Shown: in pieces, positions 51,105 through 62,768 of the stretch
How the letters are laid out: every line of letters begins with the position of its first letter
Numbering within the stretch: the stretch's first letter is position 1
From: Eledone cirrhosa
Lineage: Eukaryota
Reading direction: 5' to 3'
NCBI GenBank assembly: GCA_964016885.1
Contig: OZ024741.1
Coordinates: forward strand, 66,278,001 to 66,342,000
DNA length: 64,000 nt
Translations under genes and position numbers: made by a program
Notes under the pieces: generated by a model
The model's input: only the letters and a program-made list of their open reading frames with translations
The model's database searches: none
What the model was told of the DNA's origin: nothing

Positions 51105-51365
51105 TAATAAATACCCAGCCCACACTGAAGCAGTCATGTAGGTGTCACAAGAAAAAGCATCCAGCTCACACAGTAACTTGGTCGTGTAGGTGTCAATACA
51201 AAAAGCGCCAGCCAACACTGTAAAGCGGTTGTGTGGGTGTCACAATAGAAAGCACCCAGCACACTGTTATGTGGTTGTGAAGGTGTCACGATAAAAAGCA
51301 CCCAGCACACTGTAAGGTGGTTGTGAAGGTGTCACGATAAAAAGCACCCAGCACACTGTAAATGT
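51105..51365 (+). repeat. Minisatellite, about 45-bp unit x about 6, within an RTE-derived element
   Basis: AAAAGCACCCAGCACACTGTAAGGTGGTTGTGAAGGTGTCACGAT repeated. Confidence 0.8.
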
Positions 51366-52405
51366 AGTTGGCATTAGGAAGGTTATCCAGCTGTAGAAAC
51401 CAAGCCAATATTAGTTCTGTATGAGCAAAACACGGTCATCTGATCAGGTTTGTCTAACAACGGGACAGCTCGTCTAACCCATGCTAGCGGGGGAAATGGG
51501 CGTTAAATGGTGACGACGGTGATGATGATGATGATGATGATATGTTTATATATAACAAACACATAAGTCTTGTTACGTCTGTGATCATGTTATACAAGGA
51601 GCATATTTAAGGACATTTAAAAAAAAAAATTCTATTTTCTAAATCTGAGGGTGCACTATTGAAAAGTAGGTTAGAGGAGTGTATTCTCAGTGCCCCCACC
51701 CCCACTTCTTGGTGAAGGGCTCGGGAGAGGAGGAAGAACATGGGAAGTCTGAATAAATAAAGGGGGTTAGGGTGTCATTGAGAAAGAAAGACAGCAACAA
51801 CAGTAGCAAATTAAAGTTAGCACTATGTATGTGTATATGTTTGTACTCGTAACTCCTAAAAGAGTCTTAGTGACATGACATGTCTTGGGATTTTTAAAGA
51901 AATCTAGCAGAGTTCATCACATCTCCAGGTCTAAACACAACCGATTTCTTCTAGAGAAGTGGGGAGAAAAAGAGAGAGGGGAGAGTAAGAAAAAGCCATA
52001 AGAGAAGAATCTACTCCAGTACTTGTCTGGTATTTTTTTCTTGTCAATTGGTATATTTTCTTATCAACCTGCAAAGTTGACCTCGGCAGTATTTGAACTC
52101 AGAGAGCGCCAAAAACCCCAGAACGAATACAACTAAGTATTCTATCTGATGTTCTAACAACTCTGCCAATTCGTCGCCAAAGGTAATGACTGATACAGTT
52201 CACCCACAAATTCGCACCGTTGTTCAACCCCCTATTCAACAATGGAAATTTGAACTTTAATTTTGATAACGTGGCTCAAACTTTGAACTTGCTTTCTAAT
52301 TGTTGCCTAACCTAATTATTAACTAACCTAAACATTCTCATGACTCCCACCACCACCTATTAAGTTGTTGAGCGTGTAATACCAAAGATATCATTTTCAT
52401 ACTGT

Positions 52406-52463
<58 letters not shown>

Positions 52464-52683
52464 AGGTAAAATCAAATTAACAGTGTAACATAACCACCTT
52501 CGATTTTTGTAACTCACAAGATAACGTTTGAATTCAGCATTTACAAACTAAGAAGACAATTGTCAATTTGACCAAATTGCCGCTGACGTATCCATGTGTA
52601 CAAAATAAAAATAAAAAAGAAGAAAACTACATTGAAGTTTTACCAGCTCACTTAAAACATTGAAATGACTGACTTTATATATA

Positions 52684-52762
52684 AAGGGTGTCCCAAAAAT
52701 ATATATACACATTTCAACAGCATTCTAATCAAAGTGTGTATATATTTTTTGGGAACACCCTG
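52684..52762. mobile_element. Tc1/mariner-like MITE (related half copy at about 9980-10027)
   Basis: AGGGTGTCCCAAAAATATATATACAC / GTGTGTATATATTTTTTGGGAACACCCTG followed by TA. Confidence 0.65.
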
Positions 52763-52776
52763 TAAAACCATATTTA

Positions 52777-52833
52777 TTCTATTATATATATTTTAAGGGT
52801 ACCAAAACTTTGGTACGCTTTCATCAGATAAAA
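52777..52833 (-). ncRNA. Type I hammerhead with GAAA mutated to AAAA, in fold-back unit 52763-53075
   Basis: TTTTAT CTGATGA AAGcGTACCAAAgtTTTGGTACcCTT AAAA TATATA TA ATAGAA. The partner arm at 52911 retains CCCTTGAAATATATA. Confidence 0.65.
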
Positions 52834-53071
52834 TACGAAGTGTGTTTTATAAATTTTGACATAACCAAGAAAAATACCTTTTTCTTGGTTATGTCAAAAT
52901 TTATAAAACACCCTTGAAATATATAAAATAGAATAAATATGGTTTTATAAATATAGTTTCCATTTATTTAATATCATTTAATATTATACTCCAGAAAATC
53001 TGTCGAGTGCTCTGAATCAGTTATAAACATTTATATTTGTTGAATTACCAACAAATTGAATATCCCTTTTG

Positions 53072-53126
<55 letters not shown>

Positions 53127-53310
53127 AAGTATATATATATCCCTACACGCACAAAGCGCTTAGGGAAACATGTATTGTTCAACCATATGCCAATGTGGTT
53201 CAATGGCAGGTTAATAAATTAACGAGCCAGAACATATATAATCAAGGTTTAGCAAATAAGAAAAAGTTTCAAAATAAATTTTAAAAAATTAACTTTACTC
53301 ACTATGGTTA

Positions 53311-53393
53311 CCTTTACCGAATCGGTTTCGACTCTCAAAAATAAACGGACAGTCCTTACGGCATCCATTGCAAAGAAAACTCTCGTCAGAAGG
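53311..53393 (-). ncRNA. Antisense copy of the same hammerhead
   Basis: Reverse complement reads CCTT CTGACGA GAGT...AGTC GAAA CCGATTCGG TA AAGG. Confidence 0.75.
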
Positions 53394-53820
53394 ATCTTTT
53401 CACTCGGAGAATATAAAATTCCCGAGTTCAAATTACGAACTGGCGCTATTCAAAATTGTTCCCGAGATGAGAATAAATGATGTGGGAGCAATTCCTTCAA
53501 GTGCCGTGTGTAAAGATAGAAGCAAAGGCAGGGAGGTCAGTCCACTACCACTATAACTAGCAGCAGTCAGAACGACCAATTTTTTTTTCTCGACCAAGAG
53601 GAGAATAATAATAAAGTATATATATCCCTACACGCACAAAGCACTTAGGGAAACATGTATTGTCCAACCATATGCCAATGTGGTTCAATGGCAGGTTAAT
53701 AAATTAACGAGCCAGAACATATATAATCAAGGTTTAGCAAATAAGAAAAAGTTTCAAAATAGATTTAAAAAAATTAACTTTACTCACTATGATTACCTTT
53801 TATTCTCCGAGTGAAAAGAT

Positions 53821-53904
53821 CCTTCTGACGAGAGTTTATCTTTGCAATGGATGCCGTAAGGACTGTCCGTTTATTTTTGAGACTCGAAACCGATTCGGTA
53901 AAGG
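53821..53904 (+). ncRNA. Type I hammerhead ribozyme, canonical core, long stem II insertion
   Basis: CCTT CTGACGA GAGT-(46 nt)-ACTC GAAA CCG att CGG TA AAGG. Confidence 0.85.
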
Positions 53905-53972
53905 TAACCATAGTGAGTAAAGTTAATTTAAAAAAATTTATTTTGAAACTTTTTTTTATTTGCTAAACCTTG

Positions 53973-54036
<64 letters not shown>

Positions 54037-54128
54037 AAGGATCGGAATTAAGAGTATTCCGCAGTTCACAGTAATAATAATAATAATATTAGCTCAAAGA
54101 AGACTAGAGAATTTTCTTCTGAACTCGG

Positions 54129-54449
54129 ATATATTACACAAATAGAAGTGTGTTACACAGTGAAATGTGTGTAAAGGATTATTACAAGTGATTTTTACCG
54201 TACTGTATAGAAAACAATATCTGTATAGAAAACAATATCTACAGGTTTAGCAATTAAATAGAAAAAACCTAAGTCAGAATCAAATTACTGAAGTAGAGTT
54301 TTAAATTACTAACCTTATAACTATAAGGTTTTTCTATTTAATTGCTAAACCTGTAGATATTGTTTTCTATACAGTAACGGTAAAAATCACTTGTAATAAT
54401 CCTTTACACACATTTCACTGTGTAACACACTTCTATTTGTGTAATATAT
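54129..54449. repeat. Long inverted repeat (about 125-bp arms)
   Basis: ATATATTACACAAATAGAAGTGTG...GAAAAAACCT / AGGTTTTTTC...CACACTTCTATTTGTGTAATATAT. The left arm has a 19-bp duplication. Confidence 0.9.
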
Positions 54450-54972
54450 TTGTATATATACGCTCACTCCGCGAGACAACAGCAACATCAACAACAACAA
54501 CACAGCTTCATCAACAACCAAAACCAGCAGAACAAGCCAGAGAATTTATTTTTGCAGCACTCTTCTTGTGAGAAAATCCCTTCGGAGGTTGGAAATTTCA
54601 CGTTATACCACAGACCAGAAACCACCTGCATACATTCTCTGGAACACACTTTCTTTCCTGCTGTCATGTGATTGCACACCTGTAAACTGTATTTTGAACA
54701 TTTTAACTGTGACCTCTTCTTTTACTTTGATTACATTGTATCTTTGAGCGATGGATAGATAGATGTCCAGTCGTTCTCTGACCAAGAGCGGTTGGCTACC
54801 TTGATATCTATCATTGATTTTGCATGCATATATTTTGCTATTTTCCTTTTATTGCAAACATTATTTTTTTCGTAATTTTCTTGTCTGGACTTTGGTGTTA
54901 CAACATGCTTGCCATCTTACTTCATACATGGTTCATACGATTTTTATGTTTTAAAAATCTGGTGGGAGATAA

Positions 54973-55364
54973 TGTAGCAAGAGTTGCCTCCCTTGTTGTG
55001 ACGATTACATCACCAATAGATTAACGCTCTCTAGACAGGAAGTAGCTGGAGTTACTTCCCGTTGGGGTGGCAGAACCCTTTTTGTCACTTCCGTCTTGAG
55101 ACCCTATAAAAGGGATACTCAGAGCGATCTCTCTCTCATTTGCCCTTTCGGCTGCTGGCCTTCGGCTAGGCGCGTTCGCCTGGCAACCCTAACACGGTCT
55201 CTTGCGAGCTAACTTCAAAACAGTAACAAATAACTTTACTTCATTCTTTCATCTACTCATGGACATGTCAACTATACTATTCTACATAACTTCAACTTGT
55301 TAATTAAACTTCATACACACAACTGAGTCTCCTGTTATATTCATACACACCAGTATTTTGTTAT
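54973..55364 (+). mobile_element. Solo-LTR-like element, second copy
   Basis: Homologous to 44100-44421, with the same termini. Confidence 0.6.
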
Positions 55365-55588
55365 ATATATATATATATATAAGGGGCGGTGGAAGCAGAT
55401 TTGGTCACTTTAGTTGTTGTGATTAGTTTAGCTGTTATTATCAAATATTGACCAAGATATAAAAAAAAATCCGATATGCGATGAACATAAACTGTAGCAC
55501 ATATACAAATAGATGTTTTTTGGTAGTTTTGGGGAGAAAAATATAATTATTGGGGTGGTGGTGGTGCATGCCCTTCCCCGTTTCACCG

Positions 55589-55639
<51 letters not shown>

Positions 55640-55642
<3 letters not shown>

Positions 55643-55867
55643 CTAGTTGCAACAGTGACATATACAGGTACTTAAGTTTCGTTGGGTTATGCCACCTAAC
55701 TCATTTGGCCTGTTATAAAAATAAAAAGGCTGAATGAGTAGGGGTGTATAACACAACGAAACTTAAGTACCTGTATATGTAACTGTTGTAACTAATTATA
55801 CTTAACTCGTCCTATGGACTGAGTGCTCTTACCCTTGGATAATTTCTACCAAATATTTGCGACAGTG
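55640..55867 (+). mobile_element. Small PLE-type fold-back unit with tail, after (TA)n
   Basis: Arms 55640-55712 / 55727-55798. The tail CTTAACTCGTCCTATGGACTGAGTGCTCT is nearly identical to the PLE-C tail at 33866. Confidence 0.85.
55727..55772 (+). ncRNA. Hammerhead with 8-nt CUGAAUGA core
   Basis: AGG CTGAATGA GT aggg GTGT ata ACAC a AC GAAA CTTAAG TA CCT. Confidence 0.7.
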
Positions 55868-55945
55868 TATATGAATACAAATATGTTTGATTTTTGTGTG
55901 CTTCTCAATAAACAAGCTCAATAGACTTTGATATATATATGTTTT

Positions 55946-56000
<55 letters not shown>

Positions 56001-56097
56001 TAAAGAGTTAAACAAAATTCAATGAGTACATCAAAGAATGAGTTTTACAGTAGATTGGAAGCATTCTACAAACAAAAAGTATTTTCCAGAGTTATTA

Positions 56098-56372
56098 ATA
56101 TTAAAATACAAATATTAATAAAATAGATGTTCTTTTGATCAATTACATTTTATTATACATATTTCAGAGGTGCAACAGTACGTCCTCATCAGACAAAATA
56201 TAATGATACATGACATACCCTGATTAAATCTTAACCATTTAACATCTCAGGGTATGTCATGTATCATTATATTTTGTCTGATGAGGACGTACTGTTGTAC
56301 CTCTGAAATATGTATAATAAAATGTAATTGATCAAAAGAACAACTATTTTATTAATATTTGTATTTTAATAT
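56098..56372. repeat. Fold-back palindrome (about 125-bp arms) carrying a hammerhead on each strand
   Basis: Near-perfect arms. A related remnant lies at about 3232-3310 in intron 1. Confidence 0.9.
56271..56323 (+). ncRNA. Type I hammerhead ribozyme (antisense twin at 56147-56199)
   Basis: ATTTTGT CTGATGA GGAcGTACtgttGTACcTCT GAAA TAtgTA TA ATAAAAT. Confidence 0.82.
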
Positions 56373-56918
56373 ATATATATATTATTATTTTTGGCAATAT
56401 TATTACAACAATATGACCCTCCCCAAGTATAACAATATTTGTTTCGACACACGATTTCATATAAAAAATTTAGCAAAACAAATATATATATATATATTTA
56501 TTCAAATAACAGATTAAAGTTTAAGCAAAGAATCACTGCTTTCATCCTTAACGGGATCTTCTGAAACTAAAAAAATCAATCTGTTAACGCAGAAGTAAAT
56601 ATTTCGAAAAACGTTGCAACCGAAGGAAAACAGGAAGCGATGCTTTGGTTCGTGAAGACGTTCCCTGGCGATGAACGGAAAAAAGCAAAGATAATACGTC
56701 ATTATGTGGAGCGGTGAGAACAATTACACGCAAAGATTCAGGACGCCGACGGCTGAGTTCCGGCCTTTTCGACAACTAGATCCAAACTAAAACGCCTGGC
56801 GCTTTAGTTCGGATCTAGCTGTCGGGTTCCTGAATCTTTTCATATTACCCATTCTATAACTCCAAGTATCGAGTACTCTAGTGGGTTATGGTTTAGCTGG
56901 TTTTTACCACACCCTATC

Positions 56919-56982
<64 letters not shown>

Positions 56983-57667
56983 TAAATAAATAAAACGAAA
57001 AATCAGTGATGCATCTGGACTTAATTTATTGCGTGTTACAATTGTTTCTCCGGCGGGTAGCTCGAGACATGGTGGTCCTTGTATGGATCTGGCTGATTCT
57101 ACTTCTGCAGGTTCATTCAGACACGAGTATTTCGTTTGGAGCAAATTTTATCACTAGGGTGTTATCATAAAAAAACACCCTTAAAAAACCCTACTTCCAC
57201 TCTTGTCATGCATTGGCTGTTTTTACTCCACGTCATCACAAGTTCTGGTCAGTATCTACTGCCACACGGGTCATCAGCCATTTTCCGTCCGACACATTTC
57301 GATGGAGTCATGCTGGGTTCAGCATCCCACACGTACGTCTACATGCGCAGACCCCCCCCACATACATATATGTATATATACACACACACTCTCTCCTTCA
57401 CCTCCACGGAGCCAGTTGTAGATACATATCGCCACAAGCCTTATGGCGGCTGCTTACTTCGCCCCATGTATCCGGTTGGGATAAGCATGGCCTATTCAAA
57501 CATATATACATACATACGCGCGCACACATACATACGCCCAATCTTATATATATTTATATATCTATATATACACACTCATACACACACATATATGCATACA
57601 CACATACATGCACATACATACACACACACACACATGTATGTACATATATATATATACATACACATAC

Positions 57668-57735
<68 letters not shown>

Positions 57736-58298
57736 TCACATATGCCCACACATACATACAAAATACGCATACGTACACAAACATTACATACACACACACA
57801 CACACACACATATAAATATATATATATATATATACACACAAAAAAACAACAACCCAACATGCATACGCAGAGCCACATATATATACTCCCGCATATGCCG
57901 ACATATATTCATCTATATATGCACACGTGCTGTCACATGCATACACCTGCACATATGCATATTTGCCTGCACACATATGTGCTTCCACATATACAAATAT
58001 AAACAAAACCGTAAATAAAAGTTCATTATACAATAAAAAACAATATACCATAAACTAACGGTACATTACTGTAACATAAAATATAATATATAAAATATAA
58101 CATACAATATGATATATATATATATGTATTTGCCTGCACACATATGTGCTTCCACATATACAAATATAAACAAAACCGTAAATTAAAGGTTAAAGATACA
58201 TTATACAATAAAAAACAATATACCGTAAACTAACGGTAAATTACTGTAACATAAAAGATAACATATAAAATATAATATACAATATGATATATATATCC

Positions 58299-58357
<59 letters not shown>

Positions 58358-58586
58358 CATGTACATACATACACACACATGTACACAGATTCATACATAC
58401 ATATACGGATATATACAAAGGATATGTGATAAAGTAATACAAGAATAATAGTAATAATAAAAAGCATATATACTCCATATATAATAATCCGCACACATTC
58501 ATGTGAGATGCACATAAACACCTACATGTATGCACAAATACACATACGCACATATAGAGGCCCACATATGCATACACCCACACCCG

Positions 58587-58618
<32 letters not shown>

Positions 58619-58854
58619 CGCGCATACACATATGTACACACTTACTCACCCAGCTACTCATACGTGGCTATATGTACATACGCACACATATATAGACATA
58701 CATACATATATATATATTCATATATACACATACATATACACACATACACACATATTCTGCCACATATGTACATACATGCACATGTCTACACATACACGCG
58801 CATTTAAGCTCATGCACACACGCACCCATGCCCATATACACCCTCCGCACACAC

Positions 58855-58894
<40 letters not shown>

Positions 58895-59746
58895 AAATGT
58901 GTGTAATCCTTGGTACAGTTAGGTATATTAAGACAGGGGGGAAGAAAAAATGGCTTCACTTGTGCTTTCAACAAATTTATTTTCTTCACAAAATCCAAAA
59001 ATAATTTTTTTCCGGATTAGAAAAAAATTCTTTTAAAAAAAAAAAAAAAAAATTAATAATTGTTTACAAACTTGGCAGGTGCGATTTGCCTGTGACCATT
59101 CTCAACACAAAGGAATCCCCTGAATAAAAGAATTTTTCGAGAATGACCGGGGCAGGCCGCACTTGCTACATTTCTCCCCACCCAACCCTACTCACCGTCT
59201 CAACTCATTACTGCTATTAACACTTTTTCAACACACCTACACCCATACACTTATTAAAAGGGGGAGAAAAAACCCCCAAAACCCCCACCACACCACAGAC
59301 ATGTTAAATCCGTATATATAGAACAACACACCACATACACATCAGTTTGACAAGCGCACCTCAGTGTGAAAGGTCGTTCTAAAAACGAAACAATACCTCC
59401 TACGTTAACCAAGAACTCCTAAGACCTAACTTAATTTATAAAATAATTTTTTTTAAGAAAAAAAAAAATTTTTTTTTCTAATCCGGAAAAAAATTCTTTT
59501 TGTATTTTGTGAAGAAAATAAATTTGTTGAAAGCACAAGTGAAGCCATTTTTTCTTCCCCCCTGTCTTAATATATATATATATATATACATATCTACACA
59601 CCCACATACATATGTCTGCGCACAGGTCCACACATAAAAACACGCGAATATAAACACAATATGATAATAAAGCAAAATAAATAAATAAATAAATTTACAA
59701 TATTTTAGGGTACATTAAAATCTGTATGTAACTGTATAAATAGGTA

Positions 59747-59832
59747 GAATAAAAAAAACGGGTAAAATAAAAAAAACGGGTAAAATAAAAAAATCGGGTA
59801 AAATAAAAAAAACGGATAAAATAAAAAAAAAC
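59747..59832. repeat. 18-bp minisatellite x about 5
   Basis: AAAATAAAAAAAACGGGT units. Confidence 0.85.
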
Positions 59833-61032
59833 AGGGGGAGGTACAGGAGAAGGTGCGTGTGTCCATGTGATATACTACACACAGGTAGTATGAGGTGCAA
59901 ACCTGTGTCCGTGTGTAGAATAGGTAACAGTAACAGAACAATAATAGAACAATAATGATATTAATAATCATTGTTCCAAAGTGGAACAGGTGGAGAATAT
60001 ATAGTCACGACTGACGGGGTATACATTCATGGGGACGCCCATGGGGCATGGCACCATGGCTGGGGTGTGCTGTTCTATATGGTTAGGGCACAGGACCGGG
60101 CGGCAGTGGGCCCCGTGTTAGCCGGTCCCGGCCCATGCGAAGTATCTTACAATGTTGTGTGCTCGGTCAGGTGCGCCCCTGGTTTACATATGTTTGCCTC
60201 ACGGGTCAACACCTTCATCATGGCATGGCGTCAGGTCCCCTACTCCCGTTGGGCCAATCTGGTCTGTGCGTACCCGTTCCCATGCCCGCTGCCTGCATCA
60301 CCCGGAGGATTCCATGCTGCAAATGTGCATCTTCTCTGGTGTCTGCATGTCATGATAATTTCAGACTTCAGGTTGACGGCGTCGTCCTTCAGTCTGACTA
60401 TCTCCATGGCCGCGTGTAGGCACAATCGGCACTATCTACTTCCGGCCGAATGTGCCCTCGCGTGGCGAACGATACTCCATTCCAAGGCGTACGGAGTGCC
60501 TTGGTCTTTCAGGTCCCACACCAGGTCCGCTGTGTATATGTTTGAATAGGCCATGCTTATTCCAACCGGATGCATGGGGCGAAGTAAGCAGCAGCCATAA
60601 GGCTTGTGGCGATATGTATCTATAAGTGGGTGTGACTGGGTCCGTGGAGGTGAGGGAGAGAGTGTGTGTGTATATATACATATATGTATGTATGTGGGGG
60701 TGTGTGTGTCTGCGCATGTAGACGTACGTGTGTGTATGCGTAAATCTGTCGGTGTCTGCATGTGTGTGTGTATGTGTGTGTATATTAGTATGTGTGGGTG
60801 CTTACTCTGACGTGTGAACAGACGTGTGGGATGCTGAACCCAGCATGACCCCATCGAAATATGTCGGGGGGGAAAATGGCTGATGACCCGTGTGACAGTA
60901 GATACTGACCAGAACTTGTGATGACGTGGAGTAAAAACAGCCAATGGCATGACAGGAGTGGAAGTAGGGTTTTTTGAGGGTGTTTTTTGATGATAACACC
61001 CTAGTGATAAAATTTGCTCCAAACGAAATACT

Positions 61033-61126
61033 CGTGTCTGAATGAACCTGCAGAAGTAGAATCAGCCAGATCCATACAAGGACCACCATGTTTCGAGCTA
61101 CCCGCCGGAGAAACAATTGTAACACG
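61033..61126 (+). ncRNA. Hammerhead-like motif, CUGAAUGA core, about 64-nt stem II region (antisense twin at about 57024-57126)
   Basis: CGTGT CTGAATGA aCC...GGa GAAA CAATTG TA ACACG, followed by AATAAA. Confidence 0.65.
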
Positions 61127-61255
61127 CAATAAATTAAGTCCAGATGCATCACTGATTTTTCGTTTTATTTATACTATCTACACTCTACTCTGATGAATAT
61201 CGAGTGCTAATTTTGGCATACCACCTATGGAAGCACCATAGCTACCATTATACAC

Positions 61256-61359
<104 letters not shown>

Positions 61360-61499
61360 TAAAAAGGATGAAGTTTTAGATTTTCATTACATTTATTGAG
61401 TTGTGACGTGCGTTTCGCGATTGATCAGCTCAAGGTTCGGTCTGGCCCGACTCTGGACTCAAAAGCTCGCCGGACTTCTGTTATGGTAATGACAGAATA

Positions 61500-62768
61500 T
61501 CATAATCTATAAAGATCAGTGTGTGGTCATGCTCCTTTCTTATAGAAATCTACGATATAGAATTTCTTCAATTGAAATTTACAATTCAGTATTCGAAATA
61601 GCATCGATTGCGTCTTGGCACATCTAATTTTTTCAATTTCACCCACAATTATGCAAAAAATAGATAAAACTCAATATTTTACGATTTTCCTCTGTCATTT
61701 AAACTGCTAAACTCTTTCCACTACCATTCAAAATCTATACAACTTCATACTTTCTGCTACTTTCTCTTTCCAAGCTTGATGGTGATACTGTCCGTTTTAC
61801 TCTCTCATATCATCTGACAACGTGCGTGATTGCCGAAGAGAGAGAGAGAAGAGAGTGAGAGGGAGAGAGATAGAGAACGTTTATTATTACATAAAGTACC
61901 AGTAATGTACTAGGTAATTGCTGGCATTGTGCCAAAAAAGTAGAAACAATTATTACATTTCATACGAAACGACAATTATTCAAAAGCAACAGATACATTT
62001 ATTCAACAACAAGCGATAAATCTTTTTTAAAACCTCTTTTCCAAACGCATACAAACACACACTCACTTCAACAACAACAACAATCTGCCTTTTATAGATA
62101 ATGATAAACAATAATATCCACTATGAGGTCACTAAACCTGCTAGAAACAGCAGCTAACTCTCCCCCATACCACACCCCTCACTACTGTCTTAAATTTAGA
62201 AAACATATCTTCTATGAGGTCACTAAACCTGCTAGAAACAGCAGCTAACTCTCCCCCATATCACACCACTCCCTACTGTCTTAAATTTAGAAAACATATC
62301 TTCTATGAGGTCACTAAACCTGCTAGAAACAGCAGCTAACTCTCCCCCATATTACACCACTCCCTACTGTCTTAAATTTAGAAAACACATATCCTCTATG
62401 AGGTCACTAAACCTGCTAGAAACAACAGCTAACTCTCCCTCATATCACAACCCTCCCTACTATCTTAAATTTAGAAAACACACAGACAACCATGCAGAAC
62501 AACTCCATCGCAGCTCTGTTGTTCGGCTGGCATCGTCTACGCGCGTGTTGCGCAAGTACTGTGAAACAATAAATTTCAACACTTTTTTGCACACAGATAA
62601 TATCCATAGGTGAAACTACAATTGTCACTGCTGGCGCAGCTCCTGTTTCCAGGTCTGCAATTCATTCACCCAGTGCCTGGCAGACAAAAAAGTGCTGCCA
62701 TAAAATGGGTGGTGCAACCTAACTTTGGTAACTTAATGACCCCGAGAAACGCCGGGCTTTAATGCTAG
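61500..62768 (+). mobile_element. Non-autonomous composite Helitron
   Basis: A|TCATAATCTATAAAG 5' end with CACCCACAATTA homology to about 34097. The last ~160 bp match 41248-41411, including the hairpin and CTAG|T. Confidence 0.7.
62121..62482 (+). repeat. Tandem repeat, 91-93-bp unit x 4
   Basis: Units start at 62121, 62212, 62303 and 62396. The unit resembles the dispersed repeat GCTAGAAATAGCAGCC...CTACTGTCTT seen at about 2780, 16820 and 63870 (minus). Confidence 0.92.

Larger units (their letters stand above)
53121..53977. mobile_element. PLE-type composite: direct repeat (53121-53314 / 53608-53799) plus inversion, between two (TA)n tracts
   Basis: Near-identical repeated blocks, with hammerheads on both strands. 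Confidence 0.8.

Noticed and set aside
57136-58998. Many long ORFs (100-288 aa) on both strands
   Set aside because: These are translations of (TA)n/(CA)n microsatellites (YIYI, HTHT, CVCV) and carry no coding signal.
60432-60434. Stop next to CRLC in PLE-D as a Sec codon
   Set aside because: The codon is TAG, not TGA, and no SECIS is evident.
62121-62482. CRISPR-like array
   Set aside because: The units are contiguous 91-93-bp repeats with no unique spacers, no cas genes and a eukaryotic context.
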